Positions 51,991-63,292 of a DNA stretch of 64,000 nucleotides are shown here, piece after piece. The stretch lies in the NCBI GenBank assembly GCA_965223155.1, contig CBDCVR010000015.1, forward strand, positions 672,001-736,000, written 5' to 3'. A program made the translations under genes and the position numbers. The notes below the pieces were generated by a model. That model did no database searches and was not told the origin of the DNA. It worked only from the letters and a program-made list of their open reading frames with translations. Origin of the DNA: Candidatus Multivoradales bacterium (GTDB taxonomy: Bacteria; Acidobacteriota; Thermoanaerobaculia; Multivoradales; JAHEKO01). Numbering within the stretch: position 1 is the stretch's first letter; every line of letters begins with the position of its first letter.

Positions 51991-52199
51991 GTGACCCCGA
52001 GTGCGACAGCGGCCTCTTCCAGAGCCGCTATGGCCTGCTCCCGGCTCACGGACGGAAAAGCATCCAGAAAAGCCTCTAGAGTGTCGCCGGCCTCAAGGTA
52101 GTCAATCAAGTTCCGGATTGGCACCCGGGTGCCCTCGAAAACAGGTACACCTCCCTGGATTTCGGGATCGCGATGGATTACTGACTCGGCAACGGTCAT
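51975..52199 (-). CDS. DUF433 antitoxin-like protein
   Basis: DPEIQGGVPVFEGTRVPI..FPSV. Confidence 0.9.
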   Translation of the reverse strand: MTVAESVIHRDPEIQGGVPVFEGTRVPIRNLIDYLEAGDTLEAFLDAFPSVSREQAIAALEEAAVALGVTCESS

Positions 52200-52319
52200 T
52201 GCTCGTGGATTCTACCAGCACCCTTCCTCGGCCCGTACAGACCGTTGCCACCAAAAGCCGTGGCACGACCCTCCAAAGCGTCCGAGAAGCCGCCAAGACG
52301 AGTCCTTCAGATTTCGGAA

Positions 52320-52799
52320 CTATGACTCAGCCAGAGAATCCAGCGCCAAGCGAGCGAGTCCGACTCCAGCAAGTGCCGCCAGAATATTCCCAAGGGTGCC
52401 AAGAAGAAAAGCTTGAAGCACCGCGGAAGCCCACACGTGTCTTGCCTTCAGGTAGCTGAGCGAATCGACGCCCTCCAACTTGTCCGGGACCTTCACGATG
52501 TTCTGAAAAACTTCCCACTTTGAGCCAACCTTGAAGACGAGCCAGCCTGCAACCAGAGCGGGCGAGCCGATCGCAAGAGCAACGAAGAAAAACGCTCGCT
52601 CCAAGCGCCCAAGCCACGGTCCCAGAAGGTTGGGAGAGGCGACAACGGCCTCCCATTTCTCTTTCGGGATGCCATCAGGAGCGGTCGCGCCGAGATCCCG
52701 ACGCGCTCTTCTGACTAGAGCCGCGATCAAGGGGCCTGCCAGCATCGTGACAGCTAGACCCGCAAGCCAAGGCCAAATCGCAAAAAACATGACGGTCAT
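52320..52799 (-). CDS. Hypothetical membrane protein
   Basis: 3-4 TM segments; LGRLER..FK..FLLGTL pattern. Confidence 0.65.
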   Translation of the reverse strand: MTVMFFAIWPWLAGLAVTMLAGPLIAALVRRARRDLGATAPDGIPKEKWEAVVASPNLLGPWLGRLERAFFFVALAIGSPALVAGWLVFKVGSKWEVFQNIVKVPDKLEGVDSLSYLKARHVWASAVLQAFLLGTLGNILAALAGVGLARLALDSLAES

Positions 52800-52895
52800 C
52801 GATCAAATAATACTAGTAGTCGGCTAGCCTCTGCGACTTGGTTTGGCCGTTGGGGCCTGTCGTCGCCACCGGTTGCACAGATATAGGATGCTCGC

Positions 52896-53723
52896 ATGCG
52901 GAACAAACCCACCCCCGCCCGCATCCATCTGCTGCCCGCAGCAGAAGCGCCGATCGTCGCGATCCTGCGGCGCAAGCCCAGCAAGCGCTTCCATATCATC
53001 AAGTGGAACACACAGACGGACGCGATCGAGCACGGCTCGTGGTTTGTCGGCAAGCTCTACCCAAAGCGGTGCGATGTGTCATTCGACGGCGCGTTCATGG
53101 TCTACCTCGCTATGGGAGCGGACGGGACGACCTGGAACGGCCTCTGTCGACTCCCATGGCTTAAGACAGTTTTCGAGGCTACAAACCGAGGAACTTGGAA
53201 TGGCGGCGGCTACTTCTCTGACAGAAGAACGTTGCGCACCAATTCCTGGCAGGGAGAAGTACCGAAACGCATCGAATCGTTGCGCTTGGCTGAGCTAGGC
53301 GCCGAGACCGGTGAGGACGAGACCGTGCTATTTCCTCGACTCGAGCGCGATGGCTGGCAGCGGGCGGGCCCTTTCGGCGTCGACCGCAGGCTTCCGGGCA
53401 ACACATATCGCGTCGCTCACGACGGCGATGCGGGGTGGCTGCGGCAGCCGACACCGCGACATCCGACGCTGCGAATATTCTATCGCGGATACCTAGAGTA
53501 CGGCCGCACGTACGAGTTCAAGCTCGATGAAGAGCCTGAACTCCTCGGCAAGGCCGCAGAGTGGGCCACGTTCGACGCAGCCGGCAATCTCCTCGTCGCG
53601 CGAAATGGTGGCGTAGAGCGGTGGGCTCTGGAGGATCTAAGTGGTGGCGTCCCATCGTTCCAACGCTCCTTCGAAGATCTGTCTCCGGGGAGTCATGGGG
53701 CTGAAGCGCCAAAAACCGACTGA
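52896..53723 (+). CDS. Hypothetical protein
   Basis: 275 aa ORF with globular, Trp/Gly-rich composition. Confidence 0.65.
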   Translation: MRNKPTPARIHLLPAAEAPIVAILRRKPSKRFHIIKWNTQTDAIEHGSWFVGKLYPKRCDVSFDGAFMVYLAMGADGTTWNGLCRLPWLKTVFEATNRGTWNGGGYFSDRRTLRTNSWQGEVPKRIESLRLAELGAETGEDETVLFPRLERDGWQRAGPFGVDRRLPGNTYRVAHDGDAGWLRQPTPRHPTLRIFYRGYLEYGRTYEFKLDEEPELLGKAAEWATFDAAGNLLVARNGGVERWALEDLSGGVPSFQRSFEDLSPGSHGAEAPKTD

Positions 53724-53843
53724 GGTGGAGTCGGTCGCAGGCCGGGCCTAGCGCTGTCGGATACACCTGTCTAAAAAACCGGCGTAGGTCAACCCTGTTC
53801 GCGCTTTGACGACTACCGTCTAACTCTTTTTAATTCAGATAGT

Positions 53844-53933
53844 TGGCGGAGGGGGCGGGATTCGAACCCGCGGTCGGCGTGAACCGACGCCGGTTTTCAA
53901 GACCGGTGCATTCGACCACTCTGCCACCCCTCC
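53844..53933 (-). tRNA. tRNA-Ser(TGA)
   Basis: CCGGT-CTTGAAA-ACCGG anticodon arm, long variable arm, GTTCGAATC, GCCA end. Confidence 0.95.
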
Positions 53934-54021
53934 GCGGGGCGCTAGCTTAGCCGGTTCGGGCTTGGCGTGCCGGTTGGGTGAGGCGGGGAACGGCTTTCTG
54001 GAAGGAGGCCTTCGCCGGCAA

Positions 54022-55302
54022 TCAAGCGGGAGCTGGAATCTCGCGGATGCCGCCCATGAAGTCGACGAGGGCACCCGGGATCGCGACCGAGCCGTCCGCC
54101 TGCTGGTAGTTCTCGAGGATCGCCACCAGGGTGCGGCCCACGGCGAGGCCGGAGCCGTTCAAGCTGTGGAGCAGCCGCGGCTTGCCGCCATCGGCGGGAC
54201 GGTAGCGCAGGCTCGCGCGGCGGGCCTGAAAGTCGGTGCAGTTGGAGCAGGACGAGATCTCGCGGTAGGCGTCCTGTCCCGGCAACCAGACTTCGAGGTC
54301 GTAGGTCTTGGCGGCCGCAAACCCCATGTCGCCGGTCGAGAGCGTCACCACTCGGTAGGGAAGCTCCAAGAGCTGCAAGACGCGCTCGGCGTGGCCGGTC
54401 AGCTCTTCCAAAGCGTCGAAGCTCGTCTCGGGAGTCGTCAGGTGGACGAGCTCGACCTTGTTGAACTGGTGCTGGCGGATGAGGCCGCGCACGTCCCGGC
54501 CGTAGGAGCCGGCCTCGGCGCGGAAGCAGGGGGTGAAGGCCGCGTACTTTCTGGGTAGCTCGGCCTCCTCCAGGATCTCGCGCGCGTGGAGGTTGGTGAC
54601 CGGCACCTCGGCGGTGGGAATCAAGTAGAGCTCTTCGCCCGCCAGCCGGAAGAGGTCCTCGCCGAACTTGGGAAGCTGTCCGGTTCCAGTCAGGGTCTCG
54701 CGGTTTACGATGTAGGGAGGCAAGACCTCGGTATAGCCGTGCTCGCGAGTGTGGAGGTCGAGCATGAAGTTCCAGAGGGCGCGCTCGAGGCGAGCGCCGA
54801 CACCAAAGTAGGCGGTGAAGCGGGCACCGGCGATCTTGGCGCCCCGCTCGAAGTCCAGGATGCCGAGCTCCGGGCCCAGATCCCAATGGGCCTTGGGGGT
54901 GAAATCGAAGTCCCGAGGCTCGCCGACGAGCCGCTCGACCCGGTTGGCGGATTCATCATCGCCGACCGGCACTGACTCATGCGCCAGGTTGGGAAAGCTC
55001 AGCTCGAGCCGCTCGCGGTCCTCGTCGCCGCTCGCGATCTGAGCGTCGGCGGCCGCGATCTCGCCCTTGAGACCACCCACCTCGGCCAGGACAGCCTCGG
55101 CATCGCCGCCTTCGCGCTTGAGCCGTCCGATCTCCTTCGACAACTCGTTGCGGCGACGCTTCTTGGCTTCGACCTCGGCCAGAAGCCTGCGCCGGTCGGC
55201 GTCGAGCTGGCGCCAGCGCTCGAGTTCTTGGGGGTCGAAACCGCGAATCGCCAAGCGCTCGGCGACGGCTTCGTCGGTACGGAGAAGATCGCGCGACAGC
55301 AT
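54022..55302 (-). CDS. serS: Serine--tRNA ligase
   Basis: [43 protein letters not shown]. Confidence 0.97.
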   Translation of the reverse strand: MLSRDLLRTDEAVAERLAIRGFDPQELERWRQLDADRRRLLAEVEAKKRRRNELSKEIGRLKREGGDAEAVLAEVGGLKGEIAAADAQIASGDEDRERLELSFPNLAHESVPVGDDESANRVERLVGEPRDFDFTPKAHWDLGPELGILDFERGAKIAGARFTAYFGVGARLERALWNFMLDLHTREHGYTEVLPPYIVNRETLTGTGQLPKFGEDLFRLAGEELYLIPTAEVPVTNLHAREILEEAELPRKYAAFTPCFRAEAGSYGRDVRGLIRQHQFNKVELVHLTTPETSFDALEELTGHAERVLQLLELPYRVVTLSTGDMGFAAAKTYDLEVWLPGQDAYREISSCSNCTDFQARRASLRYRPADGGKPRLLHSLNGSGLAVGRTLVAILENYQQADGSVAIPGALVDFMGGIREIPAPA

Positions 55303-55334
55303 CGAAACGTCAGTATGACAGGACGTTGGACGCT

Positions 55335-56367
<1,033 letters not shown>

Positions 56368-56381
<14 letters not shown>

Positions 56382-56730
56382 TCGCGGACGCGGCCGCCGC
56401 TTCCTTCGCGGCCTTGCGCTCGCGGCGCCGTCGCCCGCGCCGAAGCTCATCTTCCTTGAACATGTAGCGGATGTTGTGCTTCATCAGCAACAGGTTGGGC
56501 TCATGGTGCCGGTTCAGCTTGATGGCATCCTTGTCGTACCACTCGATCCAGCCGCGCAGCTCGGTGCCGTCGGTCAAGAGGACGACCATGGCGGTCTTGG
56601 CCGCCATCTGCTTGAGGTAGTAGAACTCCTCGGCGTTGGTGCGCTCCGGCGGGGTGTGCTTCCGGCGCACGGACCGGGAGTGCCCCTTGGCGTCGGAGAG
56701 ATCGGGTCGGATGAGCTTGCGATTTGACAT
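56368..56730 (-). CDS. hfq: Hfq-like (Sm-fold) RNA chaperone
   Basis: VVLLTDG.ELRGWIEWYD..LLMKHNI resembles Sm1/Sm2 (YKHAI). Confidence 0.7.
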
Positions 56731-57458
56731 CAGTGCGCGTTGGCTTCCCTCTGCTGCTTGGCTGGTTTCTTGGAATACTGATCGTCTTCATAGGCCAGGC
56801 AGCAAAGCAGCCGTCCGCATTGGCCGGAAATCTTCGACGGGTTCAGGCTCAGATTCTGGCGCTTTGCCATCTGAATGGAGATCGGCTTGAAGTCCTTCAA
56901 CCAGGACGAACAGCAGAGCGTGCGACCGCAAACGCCGATGCCCCCCAGGAGGCTCGCTTCGTCCCGGGCGCCGACTTGGACCATGCGCATCTTGGCGTTG
57001 AAACGCCGCGACAGCTCGCGGACGAGCTTGCGGAAGTCCACCCGGTTCTCGGCCGTGAAGAAGACCTTCGCGACCTTGCTGTCCAGGGTGAAGTCGACGC
57101 GGGAGATCTTCATCTCCAGGCCCAGGGAGCGGGCGCGCTCCTGGCCGAAGCGAAGGCAACTGTGTTCGTTCGTCTGCTGACGGTCCCAGAGGCGTCGGTC
57201 CTCGTCGGTGGCGGTTCGCAGAATCCGGCTGGCACTCGACTTCTGGCAGGGCTTGAAGACCGGCATCGGCGACTGCACCACGGTGCCGACGTGCGGGCCG
57301 GCCTCGAGCTCCACCACCACGTGCTCACCACGCCCGAACACGTCGTCGCGGGTCGCGCAGAGGGTCGGGTTGGTTTCCTCGCGGAAGCGCACGCCGACGT
57401 AGTTGGACTCCACCGCCGTTGACATGCCCTTGTAGGCACAACCCTGACACCCTGACAT
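56730..57458 (-). CDS. PSP1/YaaT (RicT) family protein
   Basis: RVDFRKLV, QVGARDEA, GGIGVCGRTLCC, KISGQCGRLLCCL. Confidence 0.92.
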   Translation of the reverse strand: MSGCQGCAYKGMSTAVESNYVGVRFREETNPTLCATRDDVFGRGEHVVVELEAGPHVGTVVQSPMPVFKPCQKSSASRILRTATDEDRRLWDRQQTNEHSCLRFGQERARSLGLEMKISRVDFTLDSKVAKVFFTAENRVDFRKLVRELSRRFNAKMRMVQVGARDEASLLGGIGVCGRTLCCSSWLKDFKPISIQMAKRQNLSLNPSKISGQCGRLLCCLAYEDDQYSKKPAKQQREANAH

Positions 57459-57622
57459 TTCAGTTCCTGCTCCGGCAGACGCTTGCCCGGCCCACTTCCC
57501 CGTCATGCGAGCCGGTGCTTTCTCTCCGCGGGCTTTGAGCCATTATGGCAACGGCCATTTTCGAGGTCAACTCGACCGGCGCTACGCGCGGAGTCCGGAT
57601 CGCGAGGGGAATCGCGGCCGTC

Positions 57623-58900
57623 TCAGCCGTCCAGAGCGAGCACCCGGCGGCCGATATCGTGCCGGTAGTGGCGCCCCGGCCAGTCGATTCCGGCGGCCGC
57701 CTGATAGGCAGCCTTGAGGGCTTCGCGAAGCGTCGATCCGGTAGCGCAAACATTCAGAACTCTTCCGCCGCTCGTGAGCAAACGTTCCTCTGCGAGTTTG
57801 GTGCCGGAGTGAAAGACGACCGCGCCGCCAGCGGCGTCGACCGCCTCCAGCCCTTGGATCGCGTCGCCCGTCCGGGGGCCTTCAGGATAGCCCTCGGCGG
57901 CCAAGACGACACAGGCCGCGGCCTCGCGCTTGAACTCGAGCCGCGCCGTTTCGAACTTGCCTCGTGCTCCCTGGGCCAGCGCCGGCAAGAGATCGTCGCC
58001 ACTTCGCAGCATCAGGACCTGGGCCTCGGGGTCGCCGAGCCGCGCGTTGAACTCGAGCACCCGTGGACCTTCGGACGTCAGGATGACGCCGGCGTACAGA
58101 AATCCCTGAAACCGCCGGTTTTCGCCGGCCATGCCCTGGATCGTCGGGCGCAGCACGGTGTCGACGATCGACCCGGCATCCTGCGGCGGCAGCACGCCGG
58201 ACGGGCTGTGGGCGCCCATGCCGCCGGTATTGGGCCCGGTGTCTCCGTCCCCGACGCGCTTGTAGTCCTTCGAGGTCGCGAGCGGCAGTAGGCGCTCTCC
58301 GTCCGAGACGGCGATGATCGAGGCCTCCTCGCCTTCCAGGAAGCGCTCGACGACAATCCGGTCGCCGCTGGCGCCAAAGCGCCGTTCCTCGAAGAAGATC
58401 GCGAGAGCCGCTTCGAGCTCGGCCTCGTTCTGGACGATCACCACTCCCTTGCCCGCGGCCAGGCCATCCGCCTTGAGCACCGCCGGAAGGCCGAAGGCAA
58501 GGGCCGCGCGGCGAGCGTCGTCCCTGGAATGGGCAACCTCGAACTCCGCCGTCGGAATGCCGTGGCGCTTCATGAACTCCTTGGCGAAGACCTTGCTGCC
58601 CTCGAGCTCCGCGGCCGCCCGCGACGGTCCGAAGATGGCCAGATTCCGGGACCGAAACTCGTCCACGATCCCCAGGGTCAACGGCAGCTCCGGGCCGACC
58701 ACGGTGAGGTCGATCTTGAGATCGCGGGCGAAGTCGGCCAGCTTGCCGATCTCGTCCACCGGAATGGACACACAGTCCGCGACCTGGGCGATCCCCGGGT
58801 TGCCCGGGGCGCAGAAGAGCTCCGCGAGGTCCGGGCTCCGCCGCAGCCGCCAGCACAGCGCGTGCTCGCGCCCGCCGCTACCCACGACCAGAACGCGCAT
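57623..58900 (-). CDS. purD: Phosphoribosylamine--glycine ligase
   Basis: GSGGREHAL, KADGLAAGKGV, GPNTGGMG, EFNARLGDPE. Confidence 0.97.
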   Translation of the reverse strand: MRVLVVGSGGREHALCWRLRRSPDLAELFCAPGNPGIAQVADCVSIPVDEIGKLADFARDLKIDLTVVGPELPLTLGIVDEFRSRNLAIFGPSRAAAELEGSKVFAKEFMKRHGIPTAEFEVAHSRDDARRAALAFGLPAVLKADGLAAGKGVVIVQNEAELEAALAIFFEERRFGASGDRIVVERFLEGEEASIIAVSDGERLLPLATSKDYKRVGDGDTGPNTGGMGAHSPSGVLPPQDAGSIVDTVLRPTIQGMAGENRRFQGFLYAGVILTSEGPRVLEFNARLGDPEAQVLMLRSGDDLLPALAQGARGKFETARLEFKREAAACVVLAAEGYPEGPRTGDAIQGLEAVDAAGGAVVFHSGTKLAEERLLTSGGRVLNVCATGSTLREALKAAYQAAAGIDWPGRHYRHDIGRRVLALDG

Positions 58901-59124
58901 CACGACCGGCGGTTTCCTGCTGCTGGGGACTGGTTCATGATCCGGACGCTGCCGCGAAGGGTTCGGGGATCCTAGCAGAGGATCCGCCTACTTTCTGTGG
59001 CCGCGACCACAGCCGGAAACGGCGAAGCACCGAAGATCCCTTCCGCTCGCTCCGCGCCATAGACCGGGAGGCGAACCCCCTGGCATCGCGATTGCTCTAG
59101 CTGACCTTCGAGAGGAGAACCACC

Positions 59125-59838
59125 ATGAAACAGACCCTCATCGCCCCCGCTCTCGCTGTCGCCGTCGCGGTCCTCGCCGGCGCGCCGCTCGAGGCTCAGC
59201 GCCATCGGGGACACTGGTCCAACGACGAGGCCATGCGCGTCCAGATCGGCGAGTTCGAGCCCCGCGGCGATTCCACCTATTGGGATGACGTCGCCTTCGA
59301 CTTCACCGGCGACGAGGACGACTTTACGGACCTCGCCGTCGGCGTCTCCTGGGCCAAGTACCTGGGCCCTCGGATGGGCGTCCAGATCGGCGGACTCTTC
59401 TACCAAGGCATCGAAGATCTCGGCTACCGGGACTTCGTCGATGACACCGGCCGCGAGATCGTGCATGAGACCCGGCTCGAGACCTCCCACCTCACCCTGG
59501 GATTCTTGCTGTCTCTGGTCGACCGGGACGCCCCGATCGTTCCCTACATCGGCGCCGGCGGAGGCCTGTATCTCTGGAACCTGGTCGAAGAGGGGGACTT
59601 CATCGACTTTTCCGGCGCGGAGCTCGCGATCTTCGACGACTTTTTCGAAGACGACGGCGAGGAACTGGGTTGGTACTACCTGGTGGGACTCGAAGTGCCG
59701 GTCTCGCGATCCGTCCGCCTCTTCGCGGAAGGGCGCTGGGACCGGGCCGAGGCCGACCTGGGCGGCGACTTTCAAGGATTGGGTGAGCTGGATCTCTCGG
59801 GCCGCATGCTGTCGGCAGGCGTGAGCTGGAGTTTCTAG
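59125..59838 (+). CDS. Outer membrane beta-barrel protein
   Basis: Signal peptide, PYIGAGGG, terminal WSF. Confidence 0.8.
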   Translation: MKQTLIAPALAVAVAVLAGAPLEAQRHRGHWSNDEAMRVQIGEFEPRGDSTYWDDVAFDFTGDEDDFTDLAVGVSWAKYLGPRMGVQIGGLFYQGIEDLGYRDFVDDTGREIVHETRLETSHLTLGFLLSLVDRDAPIVPYIGAGGGLYLWNLVEEGDFIDFSGAELAIFDDFFEDDGEELGWYYLVGLEVPVSRSVRLFAEGRWDRAEADLGGDFQGLGELDLSGRMLSAGVSWSF

Positions 59839-59856
59839 CCGGACCCTTCCGTCGTA

Positions 59857-60969
59857 TCAGTCTTGGACTGGCGGACCGAAGCGCTCGTCGGTCAGAAACT
59901 CCGGATCGGTGAGGCTCTCGAGAAAGGCGATGAGGTCTCGCTCCTCTCCGGCCGCAATCGAAAACCCGCTCACGAACTCGCTCTTGAGCGGGCTCGCCCG
60001 CCCCGCACCGCGGCCGCCCGCGGCATAGAGACGGACGACCTCGTCCAGGGTCTGGAGGCTGCCGTCGTGCAGGTAAGGCGCGGTGACCGCGATGTTGCGT
60101 AGGGTCGGAGCCCGGAACCGGCCCATGTCCGGAGCCTTGCCGGTGACCTCGAACACTCCCCGGTTGCCAACGGGATAGGCACCCCGGCCGTCCAGATCGT
60201 GGAGGCCGGTGTTGTGAAACTCGGGCTCGGCCGACGCTTCCGCGGTCCGCATCGGTCCCGAGAGATTGAGGCCCGCATGACAGGCCGAGCACCCCAGTCT
60301 CTCCGAGAAGAAGAGCTCCATGCCTCGCTGCGCGTCCTCGGTCAGGGGCTCGCCGAAGAAGAGATACCGATCGTAGGGGCTGTTGCCCGAGATCAGGGTG
60401 CGCTCGAACGAAGCAATGGCTTCGACCAGGCGCGCCAGGCGCAGCCGGCGGCCCGGAAAAGCCTCCCGGAACCGAGCTCGAAACTCGGGATCGGACCGGA
60501 AGCGGCCAAGCACCGTCCGCTTGCGGCCGGCCACCCCCAGCTCGATCGGATCGCGGTTGAAAAGCGGGTTCAAGGCTTGGCGCTCGAGCCGATCGAGCCC
60601 GGGGTCCGCCCAGTTGTAGGTGGCGTTGTAGGCGACGTTGGCTAGCGACATGGCACTCCGCGGGTGGCTCTCGCCAGTCGCCCCGACCGCGGTCGCCTTA
60701 CCATCCGTGAAGGCCAGCTCCTGGCGGTGGCAGCTCGCGCAGGCGAAGGCGCCGTCGCCCGACAGACGGGTGTCATAGAAGAGCCAGCGGCCCAGCTCGA
60801 CCTTGGCGGCCGACATCGGGTTCGCGGCGGCAACCGGCGGCACCGGAAAGCCCGGCGGCAACCGCCACTCGAAGTCGCGCTCCGGGGCCGCGGGCGTGGG
60901 CGTCAAAACCGCGCACCCCGCCAGCCAGAGCGAGCCGGCACAGACGCCGGCACGTACACTAGCTCGCAA
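59857..60969 (-). CDS. Di-heme cytochrome c peroxidase-like protein (MbnH/MauG family)
   Basis: LAGC lipobox; CASCH and CSACH; W.LPPGFP, FRAPTLRNIAVTAPY.HDGS. Confidence 0.88.
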   Translation of the reverse strand: MRASVRAGVCAGSLWLAGCAVLTPTPAAPERDFEWRLPPGFPVPPVAAANPMSAAKVELGRWLFYDTRLSGDGAFACASCHRQELAFTDGKATAVGATGESHPRSAMSLANVAYNATYNWADPGLDRLERQALNPLFNRDPIELGVAGRKRTVLGRFRSDPEFRARFREAFPGRRLRLARLVEAIASFERTLISGNSPYDRYLFFGEPLTEDAQRGMELFFSERLGCSACHAGLNLSGPMRTAEASAEPEFHNTGLHDLDGRGAYPVGNRGVFEVTGKAPDMGRFRAPTLRNIAVTAPYLHDGSLQTLDEVVRLYAAGGRGAGRASPLKSEFVSGFSIAAGEERDLIAFLESLTDPEFLTDERFGPPVQD

Positions 60970-61055
60970 GGGTGGCAGCCGCTCCTAGATCGACCCTGTT
61001 GCTGACACTCGCCCGCGAAACCCTAAATCCCGGAGCCGATCGGCCAGACTCGGGC

Positions 61056-61829
61056 CTACTTCCAGGAACGCGCCGACGGCGGAGCCACCATCGCCAGCCG
61101 GCCGGCAACAGACGCCCGCTCCTCGACCCAGGCGGCGAAGGCCTCGATCTCGTCCGGCGACGGCCCGTCGTCGGATGCTTCGGCCTCCCCGGAGCGCTCG
61201 GTCACCCACTTGCGCATCGCGGTCATGAGCTCATCGGCCCGCGCCGGATCGAGACGCACCAAAGTCATGTACGCCTCGCGCACCTCGTCCAGCCGGTTGA
61301 GTCCGAGATAGGCCTCCGCCCGGTACTCGATCGCTTCGGTGTACTCGGGAGCTAGCTCCAGAGCACGGTCATAGGAGACCACCGACTCGTCGAAGCGGCC
61401 GACCTTGCGCAGCGCGTAGCCGAGGCTCGAGTGCGCCTGATGCATGGCCTCGTCCGCGTTGATCGCCTTCTCCAGAGCACCGATGGCCTTACCGTACTCC
61501 TTGGCGGCCTTCTCCAGATACTTGGCCACCTGCTTGTCCGCGTCCTCGGCCGCCGCGGCCGCCTTCTCCTCGTACTGCCAAGCGCGGTCGCGGTAGCGAA
61601 GCGCTCGCTTGTAGTGCTCGGCGGCCTGAGCCTCGGGGCTGGCTTGAGGGCCGCTGGGAACGGCCGGGGAGCTCCCCCCCGCAGCGCGAGCCGCGGGCAC
61701 AGCAGCCAGGCAGAGCGAGATCGCTAGAATCGCGAGACTCGCGACGGCGGCCGGACGGACGGCAAGCACCCCGGCTCGAATCCCTGAGCGGCTACGGACG
61801 ACAATGGGCGTGGCGAAACGTTCTGACAT
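61056..61829 (-). CDS. Exported TPR protein
   Basis: Signal-like segment, TPR motifs (AHSSLGYAL..YDRALELAP). Confidence 0.8.
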   Translation of the reverse strand: MSERFATPIVVRSRSGIRAGVLAVRPAAVASLAILAISLCLAAVPAARAAGGSSPAVPSGPQASPEAQAAEHYKRALRYRDRAWQYEEKAAAAAEDADKQVAKYLEKAAKEYGKAIGALEKAINADEAMHQAHSSLGYALRKVGRFDESVVSYDRALELAPEYTEAIEYRAEAYLGLNRLDEVREAYMTLVRLDPARADELMTAMRKWVTERSGEAEASDDGPSPDEIEAFAAWVEERASVAGRLAMVAPPSARSWK

Positions 61830-61893
61830 GGAATCCTCCTTCGAGCTCCTCTCGGATCTTACCGGCTCGGCGGCTTCTTCCAAGATACGGCCC

Positions 61894-62553
61894 ATGAGCG
61901 CCGAGCGTTTTGCCAAGATCCGGACTGTCCTCAGCCGGCGCCAGCCGGATCTCACGGTGCTGCTCGAAAACGTGCACAAGCCGCACAACTTCGCCGCCGT
62001 CCTCCGCACCGCCGACGCCGTGGGTCTCTTTGAAGCCCACGCCGTGGTGCCGGACCGGACGCTACGCACGTCGCTGGTGTCGGCCAGCGGCTCGGACAAG
62101 TGGGTCAACGTCCACCTCCACGGCTCGATCGAGGCCGCTCTCGAATCCCTGCCCGACCCGCGTCCGGAGATTCTGGCCGCCCACCCAGGGCCGGAAGCGA
62201 TCGACTATCGCGACGTGGACCTCACCCGTCCGTCGCTCGTTCTCTTCGGCCAGGAAAAGGACGGTCTGTCTCCGGCAGCGCTCGAGAGCTCCGACCGGCG
62301 CATTCAGATCCCCATGGCCGGCTTCGTAGCATCGCTCAACGTATCGGTGGCGGCGGCTCTGATTCTCTTCGAAGCCAAGCGCCAGCGCGAGGACGCCGGC
62401 CTCTTCGACCGCTCGCGGCTGGATCCCGAGATCCTCGACCGCACCCTCTTCGAGTGGGCCTATCCCAAGCTCGCCGAGCTCTGCCGGCGACGCGGGGTTC
62501 CCTACCCCAGGCTGGCCGAGGACGGCCAGATCCTGGATCCCCTGCCGCGCTAA
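61894..62553 (+). CDS. trmH: tRNA (guanosine-18 2'-O)-methyltransferase
   Basis: HKPHN.AAVLRTADAVG, FGQEKDG, IPMAG..SLNVSVA. Confidence 0.92.
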   Translation: MSAERFAKIRTVLSRRQPDLTVLLENVHKPHNFAAVLRTADAVGLFEAHAVVPDRTLRTSLVSASGSDKWVNVHLHGSIEAALESLPDPRPEILAAHPGPEAIDYRDVDLTRPSLVLFGQEKDGLSPAALESSDRRIQIPMAGFVASLNVSVAAALILFEAKRQREDAGLFDRSRLDPEILDRTLFEWAYPKLAELCRRRGVPYPRLAEDGQILDPLPR

Positions 62554-62608
62554 CCCGTCTCCTACCTCGCCAAGAATCAAGCGCTCGCAGCCGGAAATCC
62601 AGCCGACC

Positions 62609-63244
62609 TCAGCATTCCGCTGCAAGTCCCCGGAGTGTTGCCACCGCCTCCGGGGTGTCCCAGTTGGCACCACCGGTGTGGCGAAACACGACCTGGCCGG
62701 AGCAATTGACGACCGCCGCCGACGGCAGCTCGGCGGTCCAGATCGAGGCCGGGACACCCTCGCGCACGAAGAAGATCGGAAGCTTCGAGGGACTCTTCTT
62801 CAAGAATTGACGAACCGGCGCTCGGTCCTCGGTGGTGTACAGAAGAACGCGGACCGGCTCCGAGTGAAGAGCATCCGCGAGCCTCTCGAGAGACGGGGTC
62901 TCGGCAACACATGGCGCACACCAGCTCGCCCAGCGGACCAGGACCAACACCTGATCGCGAAAGTCGGAAGCCTGGACCACTCGGCCCTTGGCATCCTCCA
63001 GACTCCAGCCGTAGTCCATGGCCCCCTGGGCTCGGAGTTGATCCCGGTCGAGAGGCGCCGGCGCCAGAACCGGTCGGGCGCGAGCAGTGGCCTCCTCAGC
63101 CCTCGCATCCAAGCACCGCTCGACGTCTCGCTTCGCATTGAGCACGAAGACCGTCGCTACTGCTGCAACAAGTCCTAGCGTGCCGGCGACACCGACTAGA
63201 AAGCCGATCCAGAACCGCTTGCCGCTACCTGACGTGGTACCCAC
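62609..63244 (-). CDS. TlpA-family thiol-disulfide oxidoreductase
   Basis: TM anchor, WASWCAPC. Confidence 0.85.
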   Translation of the reverse strand: MGTTSGSGKRFWIGFLVGVAGTLGLVAAVATVFVLNAKRDVERCLDARAEEATARARPVLAPAPLDRDQLRAQGAMDYGWSLEDAKGRVVQASDFRDQVLVLVRWASWCAPCVAETPSLERLADALHSEPVRVLLYTTEDRAPVRQFLKKSPSKLPIFFVREGVPASIWTAELPSAAVVNCSGQVVFRHTGGANWDTPEAVATLRGLAAEC

Positions 63245-63292
63245 GCGAAGACCTTTAGGGCGCAGGGCAGCTCGCGGGCATTCCTCGATCCT

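Larger units (their letters stand above)
51474..53834. mobile_element. 2.4-kb integrase-less genomic islet at tRNA-Ser(TGA)
   Basis: Bounded by the 67-bp att direct repeats; lower GC; TA cargo. Confidence 0.8.
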
